Origin: Octopus vulgaris
Taxonomy: Eukaryota
Direction of reading: 5' to 3'
Assembly: GCA_951406725.2 (NCBI GenBank)
Contig: OX597815.1
Coordinates: 53,444,001 to 53,508,000, forward strand
Length of the DNA: 64,000 bases
Position numbers and translations under genes: made by a program. The notes under the pieces are model-generated. The model did no database searches and was not told the origin of the DNA. It was given only the letters and a program-made list of their open reading frames with translations. Below, one piece after another: positions 25,247 to 39,409 of the stretch (positions are counted from its first letter, which is position 1; each line of letters begins with the position of its first letter).

Positions 25247-27045
25247 ATGCCACCGAAAAAGAGAAGTCGCCTCGGCCGCCATACTGCAGCAGCAGCGGCG
25301 CAAAAGGCGATTATCGCAAACGAGTCTTCCGACAAAAAGGCTTTCAGACTTTCACAGAGCGCCTTACGTTCAGCGCAATCACGAGCTGCTGAAAATTTAC
25401 AACAGCGCAACGCACGACTAGCAAAAATGGCTCCATACGATGCTGCTTCCACGGCTTCAGACGGTCCGGAAACAAGGTCGAAGCGCAGCGCCATAAAGGC
25501 TTCTGCTGTTGCTGCACAAAGGGCTTCAGAGGACCCACAACAAAGGGCCACTCCACTGGCTACAAACGCTGCGGCTACTGCTGCTTCAACATTTTCGACA
25601 AATTCCCACGACTCAGACCAGCAACGTTCTACATTCCAGCGGAACAGTCGACGCCGCGGTCTGACGAGTCCAAACAGCCCTTACTGGCATCTACGTGCTT
25701 TCAAGTATGAGCCCAACTTCAATTACTCGATGCACGCTGACATAAATATTGGGGAAATGTGCTTCAATTGCCAATTCTGCAATGCTAAAAACTGGGCTGG
25801 GGACCACCTGCGATGTGCTGCTTAAACGGTAAGGTCAGCTTGCCCCCTCTTCGGGAGCTGCCAGACCCTTTGAAGGAATTACTTACTGGTTCCACCTCAA
25901 GGTAATCAAAATTCCTTCAACTCATCAGGAAGTACAATTGTGCATTTCAGATGACTTCTTTCGGGGCTAACGTTGTCAGAGAAACTGGTTGGATGCCTAC
26001 TTTCAAGGTCCAGGGCCAGGTGTACCACCTTATTGGGTCACTCCAGCCACTACAAAATTGCAAACCTTCCTTCCTTCAAATTTATTTCATTACAAATTAC
26101 AATAGGCAACTTGATTTGCGTTTCGACGTAATTCCACAACCTGCAAACACTGACACTGACAATTTCGCCAGGGACGTGCTGCTCACTCTGCAAAACATGC
26201 TCCATGACCACAACAGCTATATTCGCAGTTTCAAATACGCCTTGAAAACAGCCCCTTCACCAACATTCACCATTGTCATCGATGCTCACAAAAAGCCTTC
26301 TGGGGAGCACGCGCGCCGATATAACGCTCCTTCGTGCAATAAAGTGGCCATAGTTTTCCATGGTGAACCGCACAAGCAGCGAGACATCGTTCTTCAAAGC
26401 CGCGACAGTGGTCTTCAGCGTATTAATGAGACGCATCGGTCATATGACGCCCTGCAGTATCCCCTTCTTTTTCCGTATGGAGAAGACGGGTACCATTTCG
26501 GCATTCCTGACCACAAACCAAACGAGCCCTCGGCTGCGACATCTAAAACCGTTTCATGTATGGCTTTTTACTCATACCGCTTCATGACAAGGCATAATGA
26601 TTTCAACCCCCTGCACAGATCACGGGAACTGTTTCACCAGTTTGCAGTTGACATGGCTGCAAAGATGGAGTCCGAGAGACTGTGCTTCATCAAATTGAAT
26701 CAGAAGCAGCTGCGCTCAGACTCCTACATCCATTTGCGTGATAGCATCAGGAATGACACTGACGCCCGCAATATCGGCAAAATGTGCATTCTCCCCTCAA
26801 CCTATACAGGGGGCCCACGGTACATGCACGAGCGAACACAAAACGCGATGACTTACGTTCGGCATTATGGGCGACCCGATTTATTCATTACCTTTACATG
26901 TAACCCAAAGTGGGTTGAGGTAACGCGAGAACTTCTCCCAGGGCAGCAGTACTGTCATCGCCATGATATTATTGCAAGGGTTTTCAGGCAGAAACTGGCT
27001 TACCTCATTCATTTAATTAAAAAAGGGCAGGTTTTTGGGCCTGTC
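25247..27045 (+). pseudogene. Helitron RepHel N-terminal/Rep fragment (frameshifted, truncated before the helicase)
   Basis: C..C.AK.W Zn motif, then MTSFGA, FKVQGQVYHLIGSL, RRYNAP, YDALQYPLLFPYGEDG, LPSTYTGGPRYM, YGRPDLFITFTCNPKW and DIIARVF. Homology breaks off after GQVFG. Confidence 0.93.
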
Positions 27046-27459
27046 TCTTGCCTACATAGGAAATCCACTCTCTTTTAACACAGCATGAAGTTTTGTAACA
27101 GCACATCCGCTGCCGTTCGTGCAAAACGAAGAGACCCTATTCACCTGCGAACGTTTTACATCGCCTTCCACGAATATAAAATTCTTACAATTATGAGGGG
27201 ATGTTATTGTTTCACTTTCGACACGTAATATTGGAATAGTGTAAGAGATAAGCGATTGCTCCAGACTCGCATTATGCAAGAAGTTGACAGTTTTAGTCCA
27301 TGACACTGCATGGCCCCTAAGGAAGGCATGTGTAAAATTTGAATGAAATCGGTTGGGTAGTTTTCGAGTTTTAGTGATGCACACATACAGACAGACACAG
27401 ATTCTCAGTTTTATATATATATATATATATATATATAAATATATATAAATATATGTTCT

Positions 27460-27740
27460 TTTATTTTTTTAAGTGTTACAATAATCTGACTGCGGCCACG
27501 CTGCAGAACTACCTTAGAGGGTTTATTTTTTAATCGAAGAAATCGATCCCAGGACTTATTCATTGTAAGCTTAGCACTTATTCTATCGATCTATTTTGCA
27601 GAACCACTTAGTTATGAGGACGTAAACAGACCAAAGCGATGGTAAGAGGACGAACATAGACACAAAGACACATGCACGTCGTATACATATATACGACGGC
27701 TTTCTTTTAGTCTCCGTCCACCAAATCCACTCACGAAGCT
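27460..27740 (-). mobile_element. Degenerate SINE family A
   Basis: Reverse-complement similarity to the family A body and tail. Confidence 0.65.
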
Positions 27741-28170
27741 GAGCCCATATAAGGAAAATATAAAAAAATTGGAGATAAAATTGATAATTGATAAACATTA
27801 ATTATTATTTATTGATTATAAAAAGACATCATTTCATCAGACAGCTATTTCAGTGCGCACTATTTAGGGCATAATCAGGCTTAATCATACTAATACTCAT
27901 AATCAGATATCGGTAATACACCAGTTAATTCATTGGATACAAGTATCCCTTAGACGGTTTTATAAACTCTAATTTAACTCAACTCTCTGCCTCTCTCTCC
28001 CTATACATATATAAATACACACACACACATACACACACACACATACATATACATACATACATGCATACATATATATAAATATATATATATATGTATGTAT
28101 ATACATAATATATATATAAATATATAAATATATATATATTTATAAATATATATATGTATATACATATATG

Positions 28171-28201
<31 letters not shown>

Positions 28202-29257
28202 ATGTATATACGTATGTAGGTACGCTTATATCTTTTATTCCCGGCTGTACTTGAGCAGCTTCTTGACGGGTTTCGTCAACAAGTTCGCCCACTACCGATT
28301 TTCTTTGTAATACTGGTGCTTATTATCTCGGATTTTCTACCTTTTTGTTTTCTTTTCCGAATATATATGTTTCGGGAACAAAAAAACCAGCACACGTTTG
28401 TCATTGGATGAGAGATAAATGTAGACCCATCTATTCCTCACCTAAGTCTACTGATGTGTCTACATTTGGCAAAAGTGCTTGCTACCTTAATTGCTGACAT
28501 TGAGATGATCACAAAGACCTGGGCAACAATTCTTACACGTAGAAATGAGGGCGGAATGATCGTTCCCAATGTTATAAATATTTTAAAGGGAATATTCATC
28601 TCCCTTTTTGCTTGTATAATATACAGAATATTACACACACACACACATGCACACACCCATTTTCACGTGTAGGAATGCGTCTTACACATAATACGCTTAA
28701 CTCTGTATGTATGTGTGTGTGTGGGTGGGTGTACACATACATAGATTCATACACACGCGTATGTATATTACTTTAAATCGGCAGAAGTTAGAAGGGACTA
28801 GAGATTTGTGCATGCTACTCATCAAACTGTGCTATGCAGAAACCACTCCGCCTTCAAGTCACTTTGTACCTTCTGTCAACCAACAGTTCTTTCAATTTTG
28901 TCTGGTACTTTAACAAGGAAAATGCAAAAGTAAAGACGAAATCGGCGTTATTTAAACTCAATACTTAAAGAGCCGGAAGAAATACCGCTATGTATTTGGT
29001 CCGACGTGCTACATTTCGGTTAGCTCGCTGCGCTTTTCTGCCCCTTAATAATACTAATAATCTTTTCTACTATAGGCATTAGGCCTGAAATTCGAGATTA
29101 GTCGATTGTATCAACCCTAGTCTTAACTAGTACTTATTTCGAAGTGAAGTCAACCTCGGTGATATTTGAACTTTGAACGCATCATGGACGAAATACTGCC
29201 ATGCGTTTTGTTGCAGGTACTAATAGTTCTTCCAGCTCACTATACTTTCCTGCTAAT

Positions 29258-29870
<613 letters not shown>

Positions 29871-29909
29871 GCTGTGAGTTTTAATACAATAATAATTATT
29901 ATTATTAAT

Positions 29910-30300
29910 ATTTCTACTCTCGACACAAGGCTTTGCAAATTTTGGAGGAAAGGGACTAGTCGATTACATTAACCCCTAGTGCTCAACTGGTACTTATTTC
30001 ATCGACCCTGAGAAGATAAAAGGCAAAGTCGACCTCATCGGAATTTGAACTCAGAACGTAGCGACGGTCGAAATACATATTTCTTTACTACCCACAAGGG
30101 GCTAAACACAGAGAGAACAAACAAGGACACACAAACGGATTAAGTCGATTATATCGACCCCAGTGCGTATCTGGTACTTAATTTATCGACCCCGAAAGGA
30201 TGAAAGGCAAAGTCGACCTCGGCGGAATTTGAACTCAGAAAGTAACGGCAGACGAAATACTGTTAAGCATTTCGCCCGGCGTGCTAACGTTTCTGCCGGC
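29910..30300 (-). mobile_element. SINE family B copies (tandem/composite)
   Basis: ATCGACCCCGAAAGGATGAAAGGCAAAGTCGACCTCGGCGGAATTTGAACTCAGAA occurs twice. Confidence 0.8.
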
Positions 30301-30322
30301 TCAACATACTCTCCTGCCTACA

Positions 30323-30394
<72 letters not shown>

Positions 30395-30401
30395 GCTACT
30401 G

Positions 30402-30458
<57 letters not shown>

Positions 30459-30479
30459 ATAATAATAATAATAATAGTA

Positions 30480-30540
<61 letters not shown>

Positions 30541-30542
<2 letters not shown>

Positions 30543-30660
30543 TGGTTGTGATGCATGTGCCTGGTGTACCCTTATCAGACGGGTAGTCCTGATGGGTATA
30601 CTGGCCTTCGTATGTTTGTACCCCAGTGTCACTTTGATGGCATGCACTGCTCTTTCACTC

Positions 30661-30718
<58 letters not shown>

Positions 30719-31262
30719 GCCCTGATGCAGTACCAGGCAGTGGCTCTCATGGCTTCTGATCTTAACTAATTGGAAGTGTTATCATGTACATTGTTTTGTC
30801 TTGGTATAAAAGATGGGCTACAGCAAATATTCTGCTCAATACCACAGATTTGCTTGTCAGTTGTTTGACCTTAACCAGTTGAGCATGTCCCTTAGTGGCT
30901 GACGATATGTGCATCTCTGACCACGAGCAGAAGTAGTGGGGGAGCATCATAGCCATGTGTTGAGAGGGATTCTTTGGGGTTTGAATAGTTCACCTCTGGA
31001 AACATGGGTGGTTCCTTAAACAACCCTTATTCAGGGACCGTTTGAGCGGGATGGGCTACTCAACCTGAAGAAAATTCTAACTGGGCCCCACCTGCAAGGT
31101 CATGTGCTGTTTATCTTGATATGAGATCCCCATGTCGCGCACATATGGTTGTGATGCATGTGCCTGGGGTACCATTATCAGACGGGTAGTCATGATGGGT
31201 ATATTGGGCTTCGTATATTTTACCCCAGTGTCACTTTGATGGCATGCACTGCTCTCTCACTC
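30541..31262 (+). mobile_element. (AAT)n-associated repeat: 3' fragment (30541-30660) + full copy (30716-31262), separated by (AAT)n
   Basis: Same sequence as 1966-2497. Both pieces end in CACTC followed by (AAT)n. Confidence 0.82.
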
Positions 31263-31318
<56 letters not shown>

Positions 31319-31794
31319 GTGTAGGTATGAAATGTGTGTATAGTTACATATATTGTCTTATTCTTTTACTTCTTTACTTGTTTTAAAAAGTTTGACTGCG
31401 GCCATGCTGGAGTGCCATCTTAAACGGATTTTAGTCGAAGAAATCGCCCCTATGACTTATTCATTGTAAGCTTACTACTCATTTTATCAATATCTTTGCC
31501 GAACCGCTAAGTTTACGGAGACACAACAGCATCGGTTGTAAAGCGAATGGCGAGCGGGGTGGGGGGACACATACATACACACACCCAAATATATACATGC
31601 ACACACACACATACACACACATGTATTTATATATTGATTAGGCAAATGCACACAACTCTAGGTCCTTGAGTCACTTCGTAGCTTCTGCCCATTATCAATG
31701 GAATACGTATGTATGTGTATAATCATCTTTTGAGTTCTATTTATCCTCTTTGTACTACCAAGTCTCTGTCTCTCTGACTCTTACACACACACAT

Positions 31795-31872
<78 letters not shown>

Positions 31873-32974
31873 GCACATTTGTATATGTATATGCACGAAT
31901 GTATATAGGCAGGCAGATAGCTAAATAAATAGATAGATATAAATATGAATATATGTATGTTTATATTATTGTAAACACACGCATAAACACATACAATTCA
32001 ATAGGGCTAATCACAAGACTGAGAAACTCCACTGGTTACATGATTACATAAAGTCAAACGGGAAAGGTATATATTTGATACTTGGTTCTGTACATATTCT
32101 ATTTGTCTATAATAAATAAGCTATTTATCCCATGAATAAGGCGCTATTATATCATACTGCTGATTATTAAATGTCTGGTTGTAGAAAATGAAGACCTTTG
32201 ATGTTTGACAAGATTTATCGCGTTTGCGTGACAGAACTATGTCTGGTCGTATATGTACTAAACGCAATCGTCACAAACATAACACGCACACACACACACA
32301 CACACAAACACACACAAACACACACACATAAACACACACACACACAAACACACACACAAACACACACATACACACACGCGCGCACGCATGCACACACACA
32401 AACACACGCACACAATTGCATTAATATGCACGCATATTTAAAAAGATATAACCGTACACGCTGACATGTGTACAAGAAATATACACATATTAAAAAAATG
32501 AGCAAAATATACAAATGTATATATTACATGTGTGTGTTTCTTTAATTGTAGCCGTGTGTATGTGTCTGCTCGCGTGTAAATGCACTTATGTAGACTAACA
32601 GAAATGAGCAGACCTACAGAAGCATACAAACGCGTATGAATGTATAAATATATGGTAGCATACACACATGTGTTTGTATGTGTGTGTGTGTGAGAGAGTT
32701 AGTATGAATGCATGTCTATGAAGATATTCGCATGCATAGGCATACATGAAAAGATCACTGTCGAAATACAATATAGATATCGATATAAATAAATATGTAT
32801 GAAATGATTTTTACATTCTGTATTTGTGTTAATATATTTATTTACACACTCACACATACGCACGCACACCATACACATTAACATTCAGCCATCACACACG
32901 CATAACATCAGCACAAACACACTCGCTATGATGTGTTACACGCACACACATTTATCATCCTTTCTGAGTGTGTG

Positions 32975-33005
<31 letters not shown>

Positions 33006-33006
<1 letters not shown>

Positions 33007-33708
33007 CACTTTGATCACTTTGATCGACCAGTCCGTCAGGCGTCCATTTGACACCGCTGGTCACAGAACGCTGTCCACTCCTCTCTGGATCGCGCCTTTC
33101 TCATCCAAGTGATCCCAATCGTCCTCTTGAAATCGTCACTCCACCGTCGTGGATGTCTTCCGGGTGCTCTTTTCCGCTCACGCGGGTACCACTCGACAAA
33201 TGCGTGCGTCCACCGATTATCGGTGAGCCGGGCGACGTGTCCAGCCCATCTATACTTGCTGCGAGTATAATCTGCGATGACATCTCTCACGCCGGACTTC
33301 TTTCTGATGATGTTGCTATTTATGTGCTCTCTCAACGAGATACCAAGCATTAACCTTTCCATGGCTCTTTGAGCCGTTATCAGTCTTTGCTCTTCTCTCT
33401 TTGTGGTAGCCCCTGTTTCACTACCATATAACATTGCAGGCAGAACTGCACTGTTAATGAGGTTGGCGCGGGTGGTCCTGTCCAACCTTCCCTTGAGCAC
33501 ATCCCTTATGCCATTGAAGGCCTTCCATCCAGCCCTTACTCTCCGTGAGATCTCCTTTTTGATATCCCGGCACATATTTACTTCCTGTCCCAGGTAGACA
33601 TATTCTCTCACCTCCTCTATTTCATCACTGCCGATCACCATTCGACCTGTTGGTACGTTGTCTGACCGCATGAACTTTGTTTTCATGCGGTTCATCTTGA
33701 GACCTACA

Positions 33709-33710
<2 letters not shown>
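33006..33710 (-). mobile_element. 5'-truncated RTE-clade LINE 3' end in (TA)n
   Basis: ORF 33036-33695 has KTKFM, YVYLGQ, EISRRVRAGW, VLPAMLYGSET, WAGHVAR, EWYPRE and GRHPRRWSD. The short 3' tandem tail is GATCAAAGT x2. Confidence 0.92.
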
Positions 33711-33759
<49 letters not shown>

Positions 33760-34159
33760 TATTGGAAGGTTTGGAGATGATGTACAGGTATTATATATTA
33801 GAAGAAATGAGGTACTCAGAAAATCGGATGTTTTTTTTTATTTACAGATATTTATTTGTATATTACATGTTTTTATACATCATACAACTTAGATCATGTA
33901 TTGGCGCTTTCTCCCATTCTAGTGGAGTTCCTGTGTGAAAAGTTTTGACCATTTTATAGTGGTATTGAATTTGTAGTGGTGGGAAGGAATATAAGACAGT
34001 ACAAGAGGATGATGGGTGAGGAGAAAGTGAGAGAGAGAGCATGTGTGTATGTGTGTGTGTGTGTGTGTGTGTGTTATATATGAGTATATATATGTATATG
34101 TATTATATATGAGTATATATATGTATATGTATATATCTGTGTCTATATATATATTATGC

Positions 34160-34193
<34 letters not shown>

Positions 34194-34205
34194 ATATATG
34201 TATAT

Positions 34206-34538
34206 GAAGGCACATTGCTCTGGTTAGAGCGTCGAGCTTACGATCGTGAGGTTGTGAGTTCGAATCCCAGACTCGGCTGCGTGTTGTGTTCTTGAGCAAG
34301 ACACTTTATTTCACGTTGCTCCAGTTCACACAGCTGTAGAAATGAGTTGCGACGTCACAGGTGCCAAGCTGTATCTGCTGTTGCTTTTCCCTTTGATAAC
34401 ACTGGTGGCGTGGAGAGGGGAGGCCGGTATGCATGGGCGACTGCTGGTCTTCCATAAACAACCTTGCCCGGACTTGTGCCTGGGGAGGGTAACTTTCTAG
34501 GTGCAATCCCATGGTCAATCATGACCGAAGGGGGTCTC
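34206..34538 (+). mobile_element. tRNA-derived SINE family C
   Basis: TGGTTAGAGC A-box-like and GAGTTCGAATCC B-box, then GTTGTGTTCTTGAGCAAGACACTTTATTTCACGTTGCTCCA, which is shared with 37094-37340. Confidence 0.8.
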
Positions 34539-34618
34539 AGTATATGTATATATATGTATATGTATCTCACTCTCACACACACACTCTCTCTCTCCCTCTC
34601 TCTGTCTGTCTGTCTGTG

Positions 34619-34700
<82 letters not shown>

Positions 34701-34707
<7 letters not shown>

Positions 34708-34885
34708 CTATAACAATAAGGGTTTTGCAGTTAGTTGCTTGACCACATACCGAAAATTTTAGTGTGGTCAAGCAACTTGTTGCAAAACCCTTATTGTTAT
34801 AATTATATAAGTTTTTACAGTACCGAAATACCACTAGGTGAAATTTGTTGATTTTATTAAATTAATTATCTTTCACCCTATATCT
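34701..34885 (+). repeat. Palindromic cassette in (TA)n (short left arm, extended right arm)
   Basis: TATAACTATAACAATAAGGGTTTTGCA..AGTTGCTTGACCACA pairs with TGTGGTCAAGCAACT..TGCAAAACCCTTATTGTTATAATTATA. Confidence 0.75.
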
Positions 34886-34892
34886 TTAATGA

Positions 34893-34949
<57 letters not shown>

Positions 34950-35013
34950 TATATATGTATGTGTGTGTGTGTATGTACATATTTAAATGTGTAATATATA
35001 TATATATATATAT

Positions 35014-35103
<90 letters not shown>

Positions 35104-35248
35104 TATGATATTAGAAGAAGAATCAAAAGCCAAGACAGAACTAGTATCTCAAGTCATTTAGAATAATTTAATCAGGGTATGGTGAATTTGAAGTCCTACA
35201 CCCGTTTCTGGGATAACCAAGTGTTAGGTTAGGGTACAAAAGGTACAT

Positions 35249-35472
35249 GTTAGCTTGAAAGAAAAAGAAAATTCCCCAAAACACGTATCTCTCACTAAAT
35301 GTAATCGCACACTGAGAATGTAGTAAATACATTTAAAGAAACGGTTTCTCCAGTTCTAGACTTACAAACTGGAGAAACTATTTTACTAAATGTATTTACT
35401 ACATTCTCAGTGTGCGTTTACATTTAGTGAGAGATACGTGGTTTGGAGAATTTTATTCTTTTTCAAGCAACA
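35249..35472. repeat. ~110-bp-arm imperfect inverted repeat
   Basis: CACGTATCTCTCACTAAATGTAA.CGCACACTGAGAATGTAGTAAATACATTTA..GTTTCTCCAGTT has its reverse complement after a ~10-nt loop. Confidence 0.8.
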
Positions 35473-35565
35473 GGTACATTTGACTTTTAAGATATCCAAA
35501 TATTTTGCATATTTGAATATCTATGCTAAACCACTTTATTATTTTTTATTTGAATTTTGAATATA

Positions 35566-35928
<363 letters not shown>

Positions 35929-36037
35929 TATATATGTGTGTATATGTGTATGTATGTATATATATATGTTAATGTATATATGTATAAATGTATGTATATA
36001 TATATATATATATGTATGTGTGTATATTGTAAATGTA

Positions 36038-36080
<43 letters not shown>

Positions 36081-36834
36081 TCATACATTTATATATACAT
36101 GCATATATGGAATATTATCAGAGACTTTGATTTAATCAAGGATAGTCTTCACTGGTCACTGGTGGACAGCCATCCACCCTGCACACACATATGTAGTTTG
36201 CCAGCATATTCTAGTATTGTAAAATGTTTTTGTGCTGAAAACGTGATTAATTAATTAATCAATAAATTGTGTACAATAAATCTTTTTTTTTCCATAATTT
36301 GAAATGTAAGATATTCCATTTTGGTAAGCATACAGTTTTGTTTCACTTTGATATGTAAACAAAACTGGTTGAATCACACGTTTTTCCTTTCGTGGTCAAA
36401 AACATGGAGCAAATATGATTTTTTTTGATAATTTATACGTGTACACTTGTTTCCTTATTTACATTTTAGTACATGTTTCCCTTACACGACGTGTTTGAAA
36501 TATTTGAACTGTAATGTAAGTAATAGCTTTCCTGGTAAATATACAACTTGCCCTATCTCTGAAAATCAAACAAAGAAGTCACAACTATTATCTCTCCATG
36601 TTGTCAGTGCATGTACAGCAATATAAATCAAATGGACTAGTTTAGGCGTATGTGATTCTGTAGGCACGGAAATAGCAACATCCTACAAACATTTCTGTGC
36701 AAAGGTGGTATACTATCTCTGACGACCTTCTAGGAAGACTAAAAACTAGTCAAACTGCTTCTGACCAAGGCTGATTAAGGCTGATTAATCAATGTATATT
36801 TTCCTACATAAACATTATATGGAATGTGAGAAGG

Positions 36835-36885
<51 letters not shown>

Positions 36886-37053
36886 CATATGTATGTATGT
36901 ATATATAGGTATGATGATACAAACAAGAAAAATTGAACTCGAAATATGAGTATATGTATAATTTTATTAATATTCAGCAGAACTAACAGATTGATTCAAG
37001 GCCCGAGAAGCTAGGACTTTGCGTTTCTCTGTTACTTCTGATAAATATTAATA

Positions 37054-37092
<39 letters not shown>

Positions 37093-37093
37093 A

Positions 37094-37338
37094 ATGCGCC
37101 CTTTTAAAGCCTAGCCAGGCTCATGGGTCCAGTTTCCCGGTTTCAATGACGTATGTGTTCCCCAGCTGGATGGGACGCCAGTCCATCGCAGCGTTACTCA
37201 TTTTTGCCAGTTGAGTGGAATGGAGCAACGTGAAATGAAGTGTTTTGCTCAAGAACACAACATGTCGCCCGGTCCAGGATTCGAAACCACAATCTTACAA
37301 TCATGATGCTGACACCCTAACTACTTAGCCATGCGCCT

Positions 37339-37340
<2 letters not shown>
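37094..37340 (-). mobile_element. tRNA-derived SINE (family C-related head and centre, different tail)
   Basis: Reverse complement reads GGAGGCGCATGGCTAAGTAGTTAGGG..GGTTTCGAATCC..GTTGTGTTCTTGAGCAAAACACTTCATTTCACGTTGCTCCA..GCGATGGACTGGCGTCCCATCCAG. Confidence 0.78.
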
Positions 37341-37382
<42 letters not shown>

Positions 37383-37933
37383 ACACATATATATACATGC
37401 GTATACATACATATTATATGTATATGCATGCATGGATATATATATATATATATATATATATGCATACATGCATACATACATACATACATACATACATACA
37501 TACATACATACATTACATACATATATATAATATAGATATATGTACATGCATTCATACATACATATGTACAAATTGACAGAGACATAAACAGACACAAGCA
37601 GACATACATATAAGTACATGTGTATATGTATATACTGAAGTTTATTGATGCTGTTAAAGTTTAACAGAAATCCATTATACTCTACCGATGGTAATTGAGT
37701 ACTATTTTCCAATTTGTTTAGCAGCTATATGCTTGGGTTTGTGCATTCATATATGCATACATAGGTGCATAGATATATATTAACATGTGTATGTGTGTGT
37801 GAGAGAGAGAGAGAAACAAAGACAGAGAGAGAGGGAGAAAGAAAGAGAGAGACAGTGCGAACGTTTGTTGTGTGTGCATTCATGATTTCTATGTATGCAT
37901 GTATCTTTCTTTTTATCTATACATATAATTATA

Positions 37934-37977
<44 letters not shown>

Positions 37978-38730
37978 TTGTTCGTCTCTGCCTACATTTC
38001 GAAAAATATATAAATATATATATGCATGTACATTTGTAGCAATGAGTGTACACTCACACACACACACGTATACACATATAGTTAGATTTGTATATGTCTG
38101 CCTGTGTCTATGCATTTATGTAGTATGCATCTGACACACGCTTACATGCAACATGGATACATAGACACACAAATGCAAACACTACTACATTTGGACGACT
38201 TCTACATCCGGTTGTTCGACTTATGGCTGCAAATTTCCATCGAAACATAGCGGTTAGGAAATATTAACGTCACAAGTCCATATAAATAAATAACTAAACA
38301 ACATTCTTTCTTCTACAGCCTTCTAAACACACACACACACGACACTCATACATAGATACCAAATTACACATCCGGAAAGGGACACATCACAAACTAAAGA
38401 GCTTTATCACACGCCATATATTATCGATCACTAACCATGCATCAAGTAGCACATCACTCACAGTTATATCACACTTAATATACCGATATTTGCGTAGGAC
38501 ACTCCTTCGTCATACACATGTGTCCCAACTCTCACTTTCTAATGACACAACGTAAAGTATATAACACATTTCATCACATCCTTATTAAGTCGCAGGCGTG
38601 GCCGTGTGATAAGAAGTTCGCTTCCCAATCACATAGTTTCAAGTTTCAGCCCAACTGCATAACACCTTGGCCAAGCTTCCTCAATTATATCTCCGGGCCG
38701 ACCAAAGCAAGCTGAAAGCCGGTCGACTAT

Positions 38731-38782
<52 letters not shown>

Positions 38783-38807
38783 GTGTGTTTATATATATAT
38801 ATATATA

Positions 38808-38864
<57 letters not shown>

Positions 38865-39082
38865 AAATTCCATAGATACTTAATATTAAAATATTTAATT
38901 TATTCATTCCAGTTATGCATGTTTAATAATTGAATGGTGTGAGTTAAAACACTGTTTTATGGTGGGCTTTTTTTCGACATTTTCCTGTTTATTACCGAAG
39001 TGTCATTCAGTTGTTAAACTTAAGTAAATCTTGGTATTGGATGTGTTTTGATTTACTGTCAAGTGAATTTTAGCCAACTCTG

Positions 39083-39116
<34 letters not shown>

Positions 39117-39349
39117 TCTGCGGATGTGTGTTTGTATGTGTATATCTATGTAGTACTTAACTATTGTTTGCTTATGAACTCTTTTGATTCCTATTTTACT
39201 TGGGTGAAGTCTCATAGCCATTCACTTTTTAAAACGGGCTATTATTATATTTTTATAATAAAATACCATCAGGAATTGTATTAAAAAAATCAAAACATTT
39301 TCTGTATTGCAGAAGTATTACCAGTTTATTTCTCATAAATTTTAACAAC

Positions 39350-39409
39350 AAAATCTTATATGGACTTCCCTCATCCCAGGGTCTCATGGACCCCGGTTGA
39401 GAACAACTG
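39350..39409. mobile_element. Possible hAT-type terminus fragment
   Basis: Reverse complement CAGTTGTTCTCAACCGGGGTCCATGAGACCC resembles Charlie-type TIR and subterminal sequence. No convincing partner end was found. Confidence 0.4.

Larger units (their letters stand above)
23657..27420 (-). mobile_element. Helitron termini on the minus strand enclosing other sequence
   Basis: Minus-strand 3' end is hairpin CCCGAGCAACACCGGG followed by CTAG|T (23657). Minus-strand 5'-type end is ATATATAAAACTGAGAATCTGTGTCTGTCTG at ~27420-27385. Confidence 0.6.

Noticed and set aside
34206-34280. tRNA-like sequence as a tRNA gene
   Set aside because: No intact cloverleaf, and it continues into a SINE body. The same applies to the other SINE heads.
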